A stretch of DNA of 64,000 nucleotides, from the NCBI GenBank assembly GCA_963776345.1, contig CAVZMH010000022.1, forward strand, positions 384,001 to 448,000, read 5' to 3'. A program made the position numbers and the translations under genes. Positions within the stretch are counted from its first letter, which is position 1. Each line of letters begins with the position of its first letter. The notes below the pieces were generated by a model. That model did no database searches. It saw only the letters and a program-made list of their open reading frames with translations, and was not told where the DNA came from. This DNA comes from an uncultured delta proteobacterium (GTDB taxonomy: Bacteria; Myxococcota; Myxococcia; Myxococcales; Myxococcaceae). This document shows positions 19,247 through 29,585 of this stretch, piece by piece.

Positions 19247-20764
19247 CTAGCGCGGCGCCGCCGAGCGGGCCGGCGCATCGGCGAACGCCCAGAACCGGGC
19301 CCGGAACCAGGCGAGGAACACCAGGACGCTCAGGAGCGTGGTCGCGCCCCAGGGAATGAGGAGCGGCACTGACCGGGGCAGCGCGACCGAGAACTCGGGC
19401 AGGACGGCGAAGCCGACGGCCCACACCCACCAGCGCCGCCACGCCGGCGGGCAGCTCAGGCCGAAGAAGGGCAGCGCGACCAGCAGGTACCAGGACTGGA
19501 ACCTCGGGCTGCCGAGCGTCACCACCGCCACGACGAATGCCCCGGTGGCCAGCGCCAGCCGCTCCTCGTCGAGCCGGCGGAGCAGCCCGAGCCCGAGCGG
19601 GAGGATGGCGGCCAGGGCGAGGAGCGTCGCGAGGACCTGGGCGGCCCGGGTCGCCCGGGCGCGGGCCTGCTGCTGGCGCGCGTCGAAGGTCTCGACCAGC
19701 CGGTCCAGGTTGAGCCTGCCGCTGGCGAACGCACCGGCCACGGTGCCGGCCACGTCGACCAGCGTGCCGCCTGGCACCATGGTGCTCGTGGCGAGGCCGC
19801 GCAGCTGTCCGCGCACCGTGCCGGGGCCGTGCCAGAAGGGGGCATAGGCGAGGGCGGCGGCTGCGCCGAGGCACAGCGCGAGGAGCGCCCCCCTCCGGAC
19901 CCGCTGCGCCCAGCCGCTCGTCCCCGAGAGCCAGAACCAGGGGAAGGCGAGGCCGAAGTTGAGCTTGCCGAGCACGGCCAGCGACCAGGCCATGCCCGCG
20001 CCGACCCGGGGTGCCCGCCGGCGCAGCAGCAGGCCTGCGGTGATGAGGAGGGCGCCCAACAGGTCGGGGTGCAGCTGTCCCGGCCCCTCGACCAGGAACA
20101 GCGGGTTCAGCCAGATCATCGCGTGGAACGCCGGTCGATCGGGGACGGCACGCAGCGAGATCTCGAAGAGCGCCACCAGGGGCACGAGCCAGGCCAGCTT
20201 GAGCCAGGCCTCGGCGCGGTAGGGGTTGGCGCCGCCGAGCACGCTGGGCCAGGCCGCGAGGAGGGTGATCGGGCCATACGGGCTCGGGCTCTCTCGCCAG
20301 CGGATGCCGATCCACGAGAACCACACGCTCTCGGGGTACGCCATGGCCGAGCTGTAGACGTCCTTGCCGCGGCTGCTGAGATCCGCCTGGGCGAGGAGGC
20401 TGAAGAGGTCGTTGCTCAGGAGCGGCAGCATCCCCACCACGGCGAGGAGACCCAGGTAGAACAGCCGGCGCGGGCGCCCGGGCGGGTCGGCGAGCATCCT
20501 GCCCCACCCGGTGACGGCCAGCGCCCACCCGAGGCACATGGCGAGGAGCAGCAGCGTCCCGGCCGCCTGCGACGGGTAGTGCTCGTCCACCTTTGGCGAG
20601 CCCGTCACGAGGCAGCGGGCCCAGGAGCAGAGCGTGAGGATGGACAGGCCCGCCAGCCATCGAATCGCCGCGGCCCGGGACGAGAGGCGGGGCCCGAGGT
20701 CTTCCGGGCCGGACTCGGGCACGAGGGGCGCGCGCGGCGGGAGTTGCTCCACGGGAGTGCTCAT
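19247..20764 (-). CDS. GT-C glycosyltransferase (GT87/MptB-like)
   Basis: PLLSNDLFS, SPYGP, WLNPL..EG.GQLHPD, FQSWYL; many TM segments. Confidence 0.75.
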   Translation of the reverse strand: MSTPVEQLPPRAPLVPESGPEDLGPRLSSRAAAIRWLAGLSILTLCSWARCLVTGSPKVDEHYPSQAAGTLLLLAMCLGWALAVTGWGRMLADPPGRPRRLFYLGLLAVVGMLPLLSNDLFSLLAQADLSSRGKDVYSSAMAYPESVWFSWIGIRWRESPSPYGPITLLAAWPSVLGGANPYRAEAWLKLAWLVPLVALFEISLRAVPDRPAFHAMIWLNPLFLVEGPGQLHPDLLGALLITAGLLLRRRAPRVGAGMAWSLAVLGKLNFGLAFPWFWLSGTSGWAQRVRRGALLALCLGAAAALAYAPFWHGPGTVRGQLRGLATSTMVPGGTLVDVAGTVAGAFASGRLNLDRLVETFDARQQQARARATRAAQVLATLLALAAILPLGLGLLRRLDEERLALATGAFVVAVVTLGSPRFQSWYLLVALPFFGLSCPPAWRRWWVWAVGFAVLPEFSVALPRSVPLLIPWGATTLLSVLVFLAWFRARFWAFADAPARSAAPR

Positions 20765-20837
20765 CGCGCCGAGGGCAGAGTCCCGGGAGCCCGGTCGTGC
20801 GCCGAGGGCAGGAGCGAGGCGGCGCAGGCCGTGGCGC

Positions 20838-21434
20838 TCATGTCCCGAGCACGGTGTCGAACACCACCGCTGCCCGCGGGTCTCCCGAGCCGTCGAGGAC
20901 GACCGGCCGGATGAGCCGCCGGTCCGCGAGGATCGGGTCCTTCGAGAAGTTGTGGTCCGGATCACCAGCGAACGCCGGATCGGTGGCGAAGTAGAGCTGG
21001 GTGACGAGCACCTTCCGGCCCGGCGCGCTCACCCGGTAGTGGATGTGCTGGGCGACGCGCTCCGGGTAGTGCCCGGGCATGAGGGTCTGGAAGCGGTACG
21101 TCCCGTCCGCGGCGGCGACGAGGCGGGAGCGGTAGCGGTAGCCCTCGAGGTCGTAGATGCCGCGCCCGTCCGCGTGCCACACCTCGACGGTGGCCCCGGA
21201 GAGCGGCTTGCCGGAGGAGTCCATCACCTTGCCGCTCACCACCAGCGGCAGACCCGGGTCGCCGGGCACGATGAGGTTGGCCGAGGTCGGCGCGCCCGGC
21301 TTGTAGAACGGGCCCAGCGCGTTCTCGGGCGTGAGGGGCAGCGGGGCCGCGGCAGAGCCGAGCGCAGGCGCGGCGACCATGGCCACGCCCAGGGACAGAC
21401 CGGCTTCGACCAGCTCGCGGCGAGTCAGGGACAC
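20838..21434 (-). CDS. Intradiol ring-cleavage dioxygenase-like protein with Tat-type signal
   Basis: GPFY, VEVWHADGRGIY, PGHY..., HIHY, TQLYF; N-terminal LTRREL. Confidence 0.88.
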   Translation of the reverse strand: MSLTRRELVEAGLSLGVAMVAAPALGSAAAPLPLTPENALGPFYKPGAPTSANLIVPGDPGLPLVVSGKVMDSSGKPLSGATVEVWHADGRGIYDLEGYRYRSRLVAAADGTYRFQTLMPGHYPERVAQHIHYRVSAPGRKVLVTQLYFATDPAFAGDPDHNFSKDPILADRRLIRPVVLDGSGDPRAAVVFDTVLGT

Positions 21435-21520
21435 GGGCGGGCAGCCTAGCGGCGACGCCCGGTCACGCCTAGCGCATCCTCGGTCCCCCGGGGGGTTCGT
21501 GCGGCGCGTCGAGGAACCGC

Positions 21521-22171
21521 TCAGGCCGGCGAGCGGGTCAGCACGACGTGCGTCGCGGCCTCCGAGGGGACGTGCTCGGTGCGCCGGAAGCCGAGCTCGA
21601 GGAGGTCGATGCCCGAGAGGAGGTGCTCTCCCCTCCCCAGGAGGACCGGCGAGAGGGCGAGGTGGACGAGATCGACGAGCCCTGCGCGAAGGTACTGGCG
21701 GATCGTCGACACCCCGCCTCCCAGACGCACGTCCTGGGCCCCCGCCGCGTCGCGCGCCCGCTCGAGCGCCTCGTGGATTCCCCCGGTGACGAAGTGAAAC
21801 GTCGTCCCGCCCTTCATCTTGATCGAGGGCCGCGGGTGATGGGTGAGCACGAAGGCCGGGACGTGGTACGGCGGCTCGTCACCCCACCATCCCTTCCACG
21901 CCTCGTCGGGCCAGGCGCCCCGGATCGGGCCGAACATGTTCCGCCCGAGGATCCAGGCGCCGACGTTCTCGAAGCCTCGGGCCGCGAAGTCGTCGTCGAT
22001 CCCGGTGGTGCCGTCGCCCGGTCCGAACATGCGCCGGAAGGTGCGGGTCGGGAACACCCAGGCGTGCAGCGTCTCACCGCCGACGCCGAGGGGGTGGTCG
22101 AGATCCTGGCCGGGACCGGCGCCGAATCCGTCGATCGAGATCCCGAAGCCGTGAACTCGCAATCGAGACAT
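21521..22171 (-). CDS. Dihydrofolate reductase-like (RibD C-terminal) protein
   Basis: ISIDGFGAG, ILGRNMF, FVLTHH, GGVSTIRQYL, PVLLGRG. Confidence 0.88.
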   Translation of the reverse strand: MSRLRVHGFGISIDGFGAGPGQDLDHPLGVGGETLHAWVFPTRTFRRMFGPGDGTTGIDDDFAARGFENVGAWILGRNMFGPIRGAWPDEAWKGWWGDEPPYHVPAFVLTHHPRPSIKMKGGTTFHFVTGGIHEALERARDAAGAQDVRLGGGVSTIRQYLRAGLVDLVHLALSPVLLGRGEHLLSGIDLLELGFRRTEHVPSEAATHVVLTRSPA

Positions 22172-22715
22172 GACGCTCCTCCCAGGAGAGTGGACTGCCG
22201 ATGCCGGGAAGAATCATCGGTGATGCCCCCCCGCCGTGCCTCACCCGGCCTCGAGCGTCATCCCCACCCGCTGGCAGAGCGCATCGAAGGCGGCCGACAT
22301 CTCCTCCATGGCCTCCCGGCCACCCGCCAGCGTGAGAAGCAGACGCGCGCACTCCGGTGCGCACTCGGTCTGGTTCCAGCTGGCCCGGCGCTTCCTGGAG
22401 GACGCGAGCGCTTTCCGTCCGTCTGATCGCGACCGCTGCGCCTCGCCTTCGATCCTTCGCCGTCGCCCGCGTCGAGGCGCCGGGCAGCGGGACGTCGGGC
22501 CCGCGCCGCGACGCACCCGGTCGCACCGTCGAAAGCCCCGGGAATCACGGCGCCTTCTGCCCCGAGCCCACGGCGATCGCGCCGGCATGTCCGGATTTCG
22601 TCCCGTTTCTCGTGAGGAGTACAGGGCGCCTCCGGCGCTCATCGGCCGGATCTGATTGCGGAGACGCGCTCGGGCGTCGGCCGGACTTCACCCCGATGCC
22701 GGGGGAGGACTGCAC

Positions 22716-24188
22716 ATGGGTCGGCGCCACGAGGGCTTCGGGTGTCTGTTGTCGGCGTTCATCGTTCTGGGAGCAGGGTGTGGCGCCGACGAGCGCGGCG
22801 CGGGCGGTGGAGGCCCGTCCGCGCCTTCGGGCACGGCGGCGCTCAGCGCTGCGCGAGCGGCGTCGAGCGAGGCGCTGGTCCCGAACCGCTTCGGCTTTTC
22901 CCGCACCATCAACGCCGCCGGCGGTCCGCTGCAGGACCCGGCGAACCCCTTCTTCCAGTCGCTGGGGACGAACGGGCGGGCGTGCAGCAGCTGTCACGTC
23001 CCGGAGGCCGGGATGACCATCACCCCGGACGTGGTGCAGCGGCGGTTCCGGCAGACCGCCGGACTCGACCCGCTCTTCCGCGCCGTGGACGGCTCCACGT
23101 CCCCGATGGCCGATCTGTCGACCTTCTTCGCACGGCGGCAGGCATTCGGACTGTTGCTGGACCGGGCCCTCATCCGGGTGGGTCTGGGCATCCCGGGCAC
23201 CGCGGAGTTCGAGCTGATCGCGGTGGAGGATCCCTACGGGTTCGCCAGCGCCAAGGAGCTCTCGCTCTTCCGCCGGCCGCTCCCGTCGACCAACCTTCGG
23301 TTCCTGAGCACCGTGATGTGGGACGGCCGGGAGACCTTCCGGGACGCGACGTCGTCCACCGGATTCGCCGCGCTCCACTTCGACCTGGCCGACCAGTCCA
23401 ACGCGGCGACCCTCGGGCACGCCCAGGCGGCCGCGCCGCTCGCCGACGCGCAGCGGGAGGCCATCGTCGGTTTCGAGATGCAGCTCTTCACCGCCCAGAC
23501 CTGGGACCGGCGCGCCGGATCGCTCGAGCTCGGCGGGGCGCAGGGCGGACCCGCGGCCCTGGTCACCGAGGAGTTCTACTTCGGGATCAACGATCCGCTG
23601 GGCGGCGATCCCACGGGCCGGACCTTCGATCCGACGGCGATGACGCTCTTCGACGCCTGGGCCGGCGCGAGCAGCGACGAGTACGCGGGAGGCCGGGCCA
23701 GCGCCCGAGCCGCGATCGCCAGGGGGCAGGAGATCTTCAACCACAAGCCGATCTCCATCGTCGGAGTCTCCGGGCTCAACGACGACCTCGGGCTGGCGAC
23801 CATCCCCGGGACCTGCACCACCTGCCACGATGCGCCGAACGCCGGCGACCACTCGGTTCCCGCGCCGCTGCGGATCGGCACCGATGTGCCCGACCCGGTG
23901 GGCGGCCTCGACGTCTCGCGGCTGCCGGTCTACACGCTCCGGAACCTTGTCACCGGCGAGCTGAAGACCACCACCGACCCCGGACGCGCGCTGGTCACCG
24001 GGAAGTGGAAGGACGTCGGCCGCTTCAAGGGGCCCATCCTCCGCGGGGTCGCCGCCCGGGCGCCCTACTTCCACAACGGCTCGGCGGCCACGCTCGAGGA
24101 CGTGATCCAGTTCTACGACGCGCGTTTCGGCCTCAGTCTGACCCCGCAGGAGAAGTCCGACCTCCTGGCCTTCCTCGCCGCGCTGTAG
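22716..24188 (+). CDS. Exported di-heme cytochrome c peroxidase/MauG-superfamily protein
   Basis: CSSCH and CTTCH; DPGRALVTG..DVGRFKGPILR..APYFHNGS; lipobox-like LGAGC. Start uncertain. Confidence 0.8.
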   Translation: MGRRHEGFGCLLSAFIVLGAGCGADERGAGGGGPSAPSGTAALSAARAASSEALVPNRFGFSRTINAAGGPLQDPANPFFQSLGTNGRACSSCHVPEAGMTITPDVVQRRFRQTAGLDPLFRAVDGSTSPMADLSTFFARRQAFGLLLDRALIRVGLGIPGTAEFELIAVEDPYGFASAKELSLFRRPLPSTNLRFLSTVMWDGRETFRDATSSTGFAALHFDLADQSNAATLGHAQAAAPLADAQREAIVGFEMQLFTAQTWDRRAGSLELGGAQGGPAALVTEEFYFGINDPLGGDPTGRTFDPTAMTLFDAWAGASSDEYAGGRASARAAIARGQEIFNHKPISIVGVSGLNDDLGLATIPGTCTTCHDAPNAGDHSVPAPLRIGTDVPDPVGGLDVSRLPVYTLRNLVTGELKTTTDPGRALVTGKWKDVGRFKGPILRGVAARAPYFHNGSAATLEDVIQFYDARFGLSLTPQEKSDLLAFLAAL

Positions 24189-24257
24189 CGAGGTGCGTCA
24201 CCCGAGTCCATTCGTACTCACGGTGCATGCCGCCCGGCACCGTGAGAAATTGCTCGG

Positions 24258-24767
24258 GTGGACCACGCCGACGAGCTGCTCCCGCTCCTCTACGACGAGC
24301 TCCGGCGGCTCGCGCGTGCCCGCCTCTCGGGGGGGGGCCGGAACGTCATCCTCGACACCACGGCCCTGGTGCACGAGTCCTTCCTGCGGCTGCAGAAGGC
24401 CGGTCACCTCGAGCTCAAGGACCGCGATCACTTCCTCGCCTACGCCGCGTCGACCATGCGCTCCATCGTCGTCGACTCGATTCGCCGGCGCCAGGCGGAG
24501 CGACACGGGGGCGACGTAGTCCATGTCACGCTCGGGACCGCGGCGGCCTCCGAGCTGGGCGCCTCCGAGGAGGAGATCCTCGAGGTGCATGACGCGCTCG
24601 GGCTGCTGACCAAGGTGAATGCACGGCTCGCCCAGGTGGTGGAGATGCGCTACTTCCTCGGCCTCACCGACGAGGAGATCGGCGCGGCGCTCGGTACGAC
24701 CGATCGCACGGTCCGGCGCGACTGGGAGCGCGCGCGGCTGCTTCTCGGGGGCATGATGGGACGCTGA
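24258..24767 (+). CDS. ECF sigma factor, kinase-associated type
   Basis: LYDELRRLAR, DTTALVHESFLRL, VVEMRYFLGL, TVRRDWERAR. Confidence 0.92.
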   Translation: MDHADELLPLLYDELRRLARARLSGGGRNVILDTTALVHESFLRLQKAGHLELKDRDHFLAYAASTMRSIVVDSIRRRQAERHGGDVVHVTLGTAAASELGASEEEILEVHDALGLLTKVNARLAQVVEMRYFLGLTDEEIGAALGTTDRTVRRDWERARLLLGGMMGR

Positions 24768-24770
24768 GCG

Positions 24771-27705
24771 ATGGGCCCCCCGGTGAACATCGACCCGCAG
24801 GTCTGGCAGCGAATCGACGTGCTGCTCTCCGAGGCGCTGACCTTGCCGGAGCACGAGCGGGAGAGGTGGCTCTCCGGGCTGCCGCAGGAGGATCAGCCCC
24901 TCGCCTCGAGCCTGCGCTCCATCCTCTCCCGGTCGGGCACCACCGACGGCTTCATGCGAAACCCGGTTTCACCCGCGGACCTGGCGGCGGCAGGAGAGGC
25001 CGGCTCACTGGAGCAGGCAGGGACACTGGTCGGCCCGTACCGCCTGCTCCGTGCGCTCGGCGCGGGCGGCATGGGGCAGGTGTGGCTCGCGGAGCGGGTG
25101 GACGGGACCATCCAGCGGCAGGTGGCGGTCAAGCTGCCCGGACCGGCTGGGCGCCGGGGATGGCCGAACGCCTTCAGCAGGAACGCGACGCGCTCGCCGC
25201 GCTGGAGCACCCGCACATCGCGCGGCTCTACGACGCCGGAGCGACCGAGGCCGGGCGGCCGTACATCGCGATGGAGTACGTGGACGGCGTTCCCATCGAC
25301 GCGTACGCCGCCACGCACGCGCTGACGTCCGCGACCGGCTCGCCCTCTTCCTCCAGGTCGCGGGCGCTGTGTCCTACGCGCACGCCCGGCTGGTCGTGCA
25401 CCGCGACCTCAAGCCCTCCAACATCCTCGTCTCGACCTCGCAGGGGGTGCGGCTGCTCGACTTCGGGGCGGCGAAGCTCCTGCGCGAGGAGGGGCCGGGA
25501 GAGTCGGAGCTGACGCGGGAGCTCGGGCCCGCGCTCTCGCCCGACTACGCCTCGCCGGAGCAGATCCGCGGCGAGCGGGTCACGGTCGCCACCGACGTCT
25601 ACTCGCTCGGGGTCGTGCTCTACGAGCTCCTGACCGGACAGCGCCCGTATCGTCTTCCGCGCACGTCCTGGGCTGCGCTGGTCGAGGCGGTGTCGAAGGT
25701 GGAGGTCCCTCCGGCCAGCACCCGCGTCGCGGACGACCCCAAGCTGGCGCGCGCTCTCCGGGGCGATCTCGACGCGGTCCTGGGGAAGGCGCTCCGAGGA
25801 CCGGTGAGCGAGCGGTACGCGAGCGTGCAGGCCTTCGCCGACGACGTCTCGCGCTACCTCTCCGGCGAGCCGGTGCTCGCCAAGGACCAGGGCGTCGGCG
25901 AGCGGGCGTGGAAGTTCGTCCGCCGGCACGCGATCGCCGTGGCCACGGCGGCCACCGTCACCTTGCTCGTCGGGGCCGCGAGCGGCGTGGCCCTGTGGCA
26001 GGCCCGGGTGGCGCGGGCCGAGGCCGAGCGGGCCGCCCGGGTGAAGCAGTTCATCGCCTCCATCCTCACCCGCGCGACTCCGAATACCGGGGTGGGCGGG
26101 GTGGTGACCGCGTCGGACCTCCTCACCGCGGCTGCGGATCGGATCGAAACCGAGCTGTCCGCCGAGCCAGGGGTGGCGGCCGAGCTCGGGGTCATCGTGG
26201 CGCAGAGCTTCGACGGTCTCGGTGAGCTCGCGAAGGCGGAGCCCGTGCTCCGGGCTGCGGTCCCCCGGGCCGAGGCGACGCTCGGCCGCACGCATCCGCT
26301 CACCTTGCAGGCCAAGACGACCCTCGCGGATGCCGTGGTGCTGCACGACGTCCCCGGAGCCCTGGCGATCATCGAGGAGGTCGTCCCCGAGGCGATTCGA
26401 GGGTTGCCGAGGACCGCCGAGCAGGCGGTCAACGGGCTTGCGGAGAAGGCCTACGTGCTGGCCAAGCTCAACCGCGCCGAGGAGTCCTATGCGGCGCTTC
26501 GCGAGAGCGCCCGTCTGGCCGAGAAGCACTTTGGCCCGCTGGACGAGCGCACCATCCACACCCTCGGCGCCCTGGCGAATACCCACGGGCGCTTCGGGGA
26601 CCGGGTGAACGACCTGGCCGTGGCCTCCGACGCCGTCGAGCGTGCTCGCCGTGCCTTCGGTGCGCAGCGCCCGCACAACACGCTCATCATCACCGAGCGG
26701 TTCTACGCCGAGGCGCTCCGGGACAACGACCGGGCCGCCGAATCCGCCGCTATCCTCCGGACCGTGCTCGCCGACCAGGAGCGGCTCGATGCCGCGGAGA
26801 CCACCCGGGTGCGCGACGCGAAGCTCCAGCTCGGCGTCGCGCTCTATCTCAGCGGGCGCCTCGAGGAAGGAATCGCCCTGGTTAGGGAGGCGGTTGCGCT
26901 CGAGCGGAAGCAGAACCCCGCCGAGTCCGATGACCGGCGTGGGTTCGGGATGGCGCTGGCCGCGGGGCTCGGCCTCGCGCAGCGAACGGAGGAGTGGAGG
27001 ATCGTGGAGGAGGAGCTCGCCGGGCTGGTCGCCCGGCTCGGCCAAGAGCCACACCGGTCCGGGGTCATCCGGCGTGCGCGGAGGGCGCGCCTCCTAGCGC
27101 TCGTGGGAGACTCGGCCGGCGCGCAGGCGCTCGCGAGGGAGGCGGAATCGATGGCCAGCCCCTCCGAGGAGGCAGCCCGGGTTGAGGCGGCGGTGGTGGC
27201 CGCGCTCGATGACCGGTTGCAGCTGCGGTTCCCGACGGCGCTCGAGCGGATCGAGCGCACGGTGCGCGAGCACAAGCTGGAGTCGCTGCCACGGAGGATC
27301 CAGGCGGGGGTCGCAGCGGAGCTCGGCACGGTCCGGCTCGAGCTCGGTGACCTTTCCGGCGCTGAGACGGAGTTCCTCCGGTGCCGGGAGCTGTTCGTGC
27401 AGGCGCAGGTCGAGCCCTCGATCCAGGTCACGCCGTGCCTCGTCGGGGCGGCGCGGGTCCAGCTCCATGCCGGGCGGTTTGTCGAGGCGGAACGGCTGCT
27501 CCTGCCGCTCGCGGCGTCGTGGGAGGAAGTGAACCCTGACGGTCCCGGGCGGGGCGAGGTCCTGCACTGGCTCGCTCGCGCCGAGCAGGGCGTGGGGAAG
27601 GGAGCCGCCGCCCGCCGCGATGCCCAGCTCGCGGATGCGCTCCTCCGTCGGTCGAAGCTGCCGGCCCTCCGCCGACTCGCGGACCCCAGGCTCACCACGC
27701 GGTGA
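24771..27705 (+). CDS. Membrane Ser/Thr kinase with C-terminal TPR-like region (frameshifts at about 25138 and 25327)
   Basis: LGAGGMGQV, VAVK | LEHPHIARLYD | HRDLKPSN, DFG, YASPEQ, DVYSLG spread over three frames; a TM segment, then helical repeats. Confidence 0.9.
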
Positions 27706-27714
27706 ACGCCGTCC

Positions 27715-28845
27715 TCAGGCTCCGCACCAGCGCCGGCCGAGCTCCGTGTAGAGCTCCGTGGTCTCCTCGATGCGCCGGACCTCGGCGTACTCGTCCGTCT
27801 GGTGCGCCTGGACCAGCTCGCCGGGCCCGAGGATGACCGTGGGGATGCCGCCGAACGCCGGGGTGAGGATGCTGGCATCGGTGAAGTAGGGCGCGCTGGC
27901 CGGCGCGGGGCGTCGTCCCTGCCGGCGCTGCACCAGGTCGAGGACCTGCTCGATGAACGGGTCGCGCTCGTCGGTGCGCACGCCCGGGACGTCCACCCGG
28001 GAGCTCAGCTCCACCTCCGCGCCGAGCGCCCGGGCCAGGTCCTCGCGCACCTGGGCGTGGCGCTGGGCCGGAACGGTGCGGATGTCGATGCCGATGACCG
28101 CCTCGTCGGGAACGGAGTTCACGTTCAGCCCGCCCCGGATGGTGCCCACGTTCAGGGTGGGCCGGCCGAGCAGCGGGTCCGGCGGCACGTCGAAGCGGAA
28201 CGACTCGAGCGCCGCCACCGCGCGCGCGGCGCGGTAGATGGCGTTCACCCCGCGCTCGGGCATCGACCCGTGCGCGGTCACTCCCCGGGTCCGGGCCTCC
28301 AGCCACAGCGCGCCCTTGTGGCCCACCAGCGGCTGTCCGTCGGTCGGCTCACCCACCACCATCGCCCCGGCGATGCCGAGGGCTCCGGCGGTCCGGGCGA
28401 GGTGGGCCGCACCCTCGCACCCCGTCTCTTCCCCGGCGACGAAGACCAGGGTCAGCCCGGCCTTCCGCAGCGTCCCGGTCCGGACCAGGTCCAGCGCCGC
28501 GCAGGCCAGGGCGGCGATGCCACTCTTCATGTCGCTCGACCCCCGGCCGTAGAGCCGGCCGGCGTCCGTCTCCCCGGCGAACGGGTTCCGGGTCCAGGGA
28601 GTCGCGCCGAGCGGCACCGTGTCGATGTGACCGGCGAAGCACAGCGGCGCTCCGCTGCCACCGGGGGCGCGCGCCACCAGGCTGGCCCGCCCGGGGGCGA
28701 ACTCGTGGAGCCGCACCGAGAACCCTCCGCCCTCGAGCAGCTCGGCGAGGAACCGCGCACAGTCCAGCTCGGGGCTGGTGGGGTTGATGGTGTCGAACCG
28801 GACGAGCTGCTGGGTCAGCGTCACCGGGTCCACGCTCGAGCTCAT
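27715..28845 (-). CDS. M20 metallohydrolase (ArgE/DapE-like)
   Basis: GHIDTVP, GRGSSDMKSG, GEE, VGEPT, AHGSMP, AHQTDE. Confidence 0.92.
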   Translation of the reverse strand: MSSSVDPVTLTQQLVRFDTINPTSPELDCARFLAELLEGGGFSVRLHEFAPGRASLVARAPGGSGAPLCFAGHIDTVPLGATPWTRNPFAGETDAGRLYGRGSSDMKSGIAALACAALDLVRTGTLRKAGLTLVFVAGEETGCEGAAHLARTAGALGIAGAMVVGEPTDGQPLVGHKGALWLEARTRGVTAHGSMPERGVNAIYRAARAVAALESFRFDVPPDPLLGRPTLNVGTIRGGLNVNSVPDEAVIGIDIRTVPAQRHAQVREDLARALGAEVELSSRVDVPGVRTDERDPFIEQVLDLVQRRQGRRPAPASAPYFTDASILTPAFGGIPTVILGPGELVQAHQTDEYAEVRRIEETTELYTELGRRWCGA

Positions 28846-29585
28846 CGCCTCACCTCCGTTCCGCCGCCTCCGAAGTAGGCCGCGTGCATCTGCGGATCGG
28901 CGCGCAGCTCGGCCGCGGTTCCCTCGGTCACCACCCGTCCCTTGGCGAGCACGTACCCCCGGGTGGCGATGCCCAGGGTCTGGTGCACGTTCTGCTCCAC
29001 CAGGAAGATGGTCACCCCCGCCTGGTGGATCCGCTGGAGGACGGCGAAGGTCTCCTGCACCAGCCGTGGGGACAGGCCCAGCGACGGCTCGTCCACCAGG
29101 AGGAGGCGGGGCGCGGACATCAGGCCCCGTCCGATGGAGACCATGGCCTGCTCGCCGCCCGACATCGTCCCCGCGAGCTGCGCCCGCCGCTCGGCGAGCT
29201 GGGGAAAGGTCGCGAACACCTGCTCCAGCCGCCGGGCCACGACCTCGGGCCGGCGCTCGTCGTGGGCGGCCACCAGCAGATTCTCCAGCACCGAGAGCCT
29301 GGGAAACACCCGGCGCCCCTCCGGGATGCAGCCGATGCCGAGGCGGACGATGTGGTGGGTCGGCAGCCGGGTGAGCTCGGTCCCGCGGAAGGCGATCCGG
29401 CCGCTCCGGGGCGGGGTCAGGCCGAGGATGGACCGGATGAGCGTGGTCTTCCCCGAGCCGTTCGAGCCGAGCAGGCAGGTGATGGAGCCGGGCTCGATCC
29501 GGAGCGACACGTCCTGCAGCACGTCCGCCCGGTCGTAGCCGGTGAAGACGTGCTCGATGACCAGCGCCTCGTCCGGCCCCGTCAT
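28842..29585 (-). CDS. livF: Branched-chain amino acid-type ABC ATPase (LivF-like)
   Basis: GSNGSGKTT, PEGRRVF, MSGGEQ, DEPSLGL. Confidence 0.9.
   Translation of the reverse strand: MTGPDEALVIEHVFTGYDRADVLQDVSLRIEPGSITCLLGSNGSGKTTLIRSILGLTPPRSGRIAFRGTELTRLPTHHIVRLGIGCIPEGRRVFPRLSVLENLLVAAHDERRPEVVARRLEQVFATFPQLAERRAQLAGTMSGGEQAMVSIGRGLMSAPRLLLVDEPSLGLSPRLVQETFAVLQRIHQAGVTIFLVEQNVHQTLGIATRGYVLAKGRVVTEGTAAELRADPQMHAAYFGGGGTEVRR

Noticed and set aside
22241..22642. Small minus-strand ORF in the intergenic gap
   Set aside because: No recognisable motif or convincing start; possibly a remnant, but unsupported.
25130..25330. Programmed frameshifting in the kinase gene
   Set aside because: No slippery site; two single-base losses are more simply errors or mutations.
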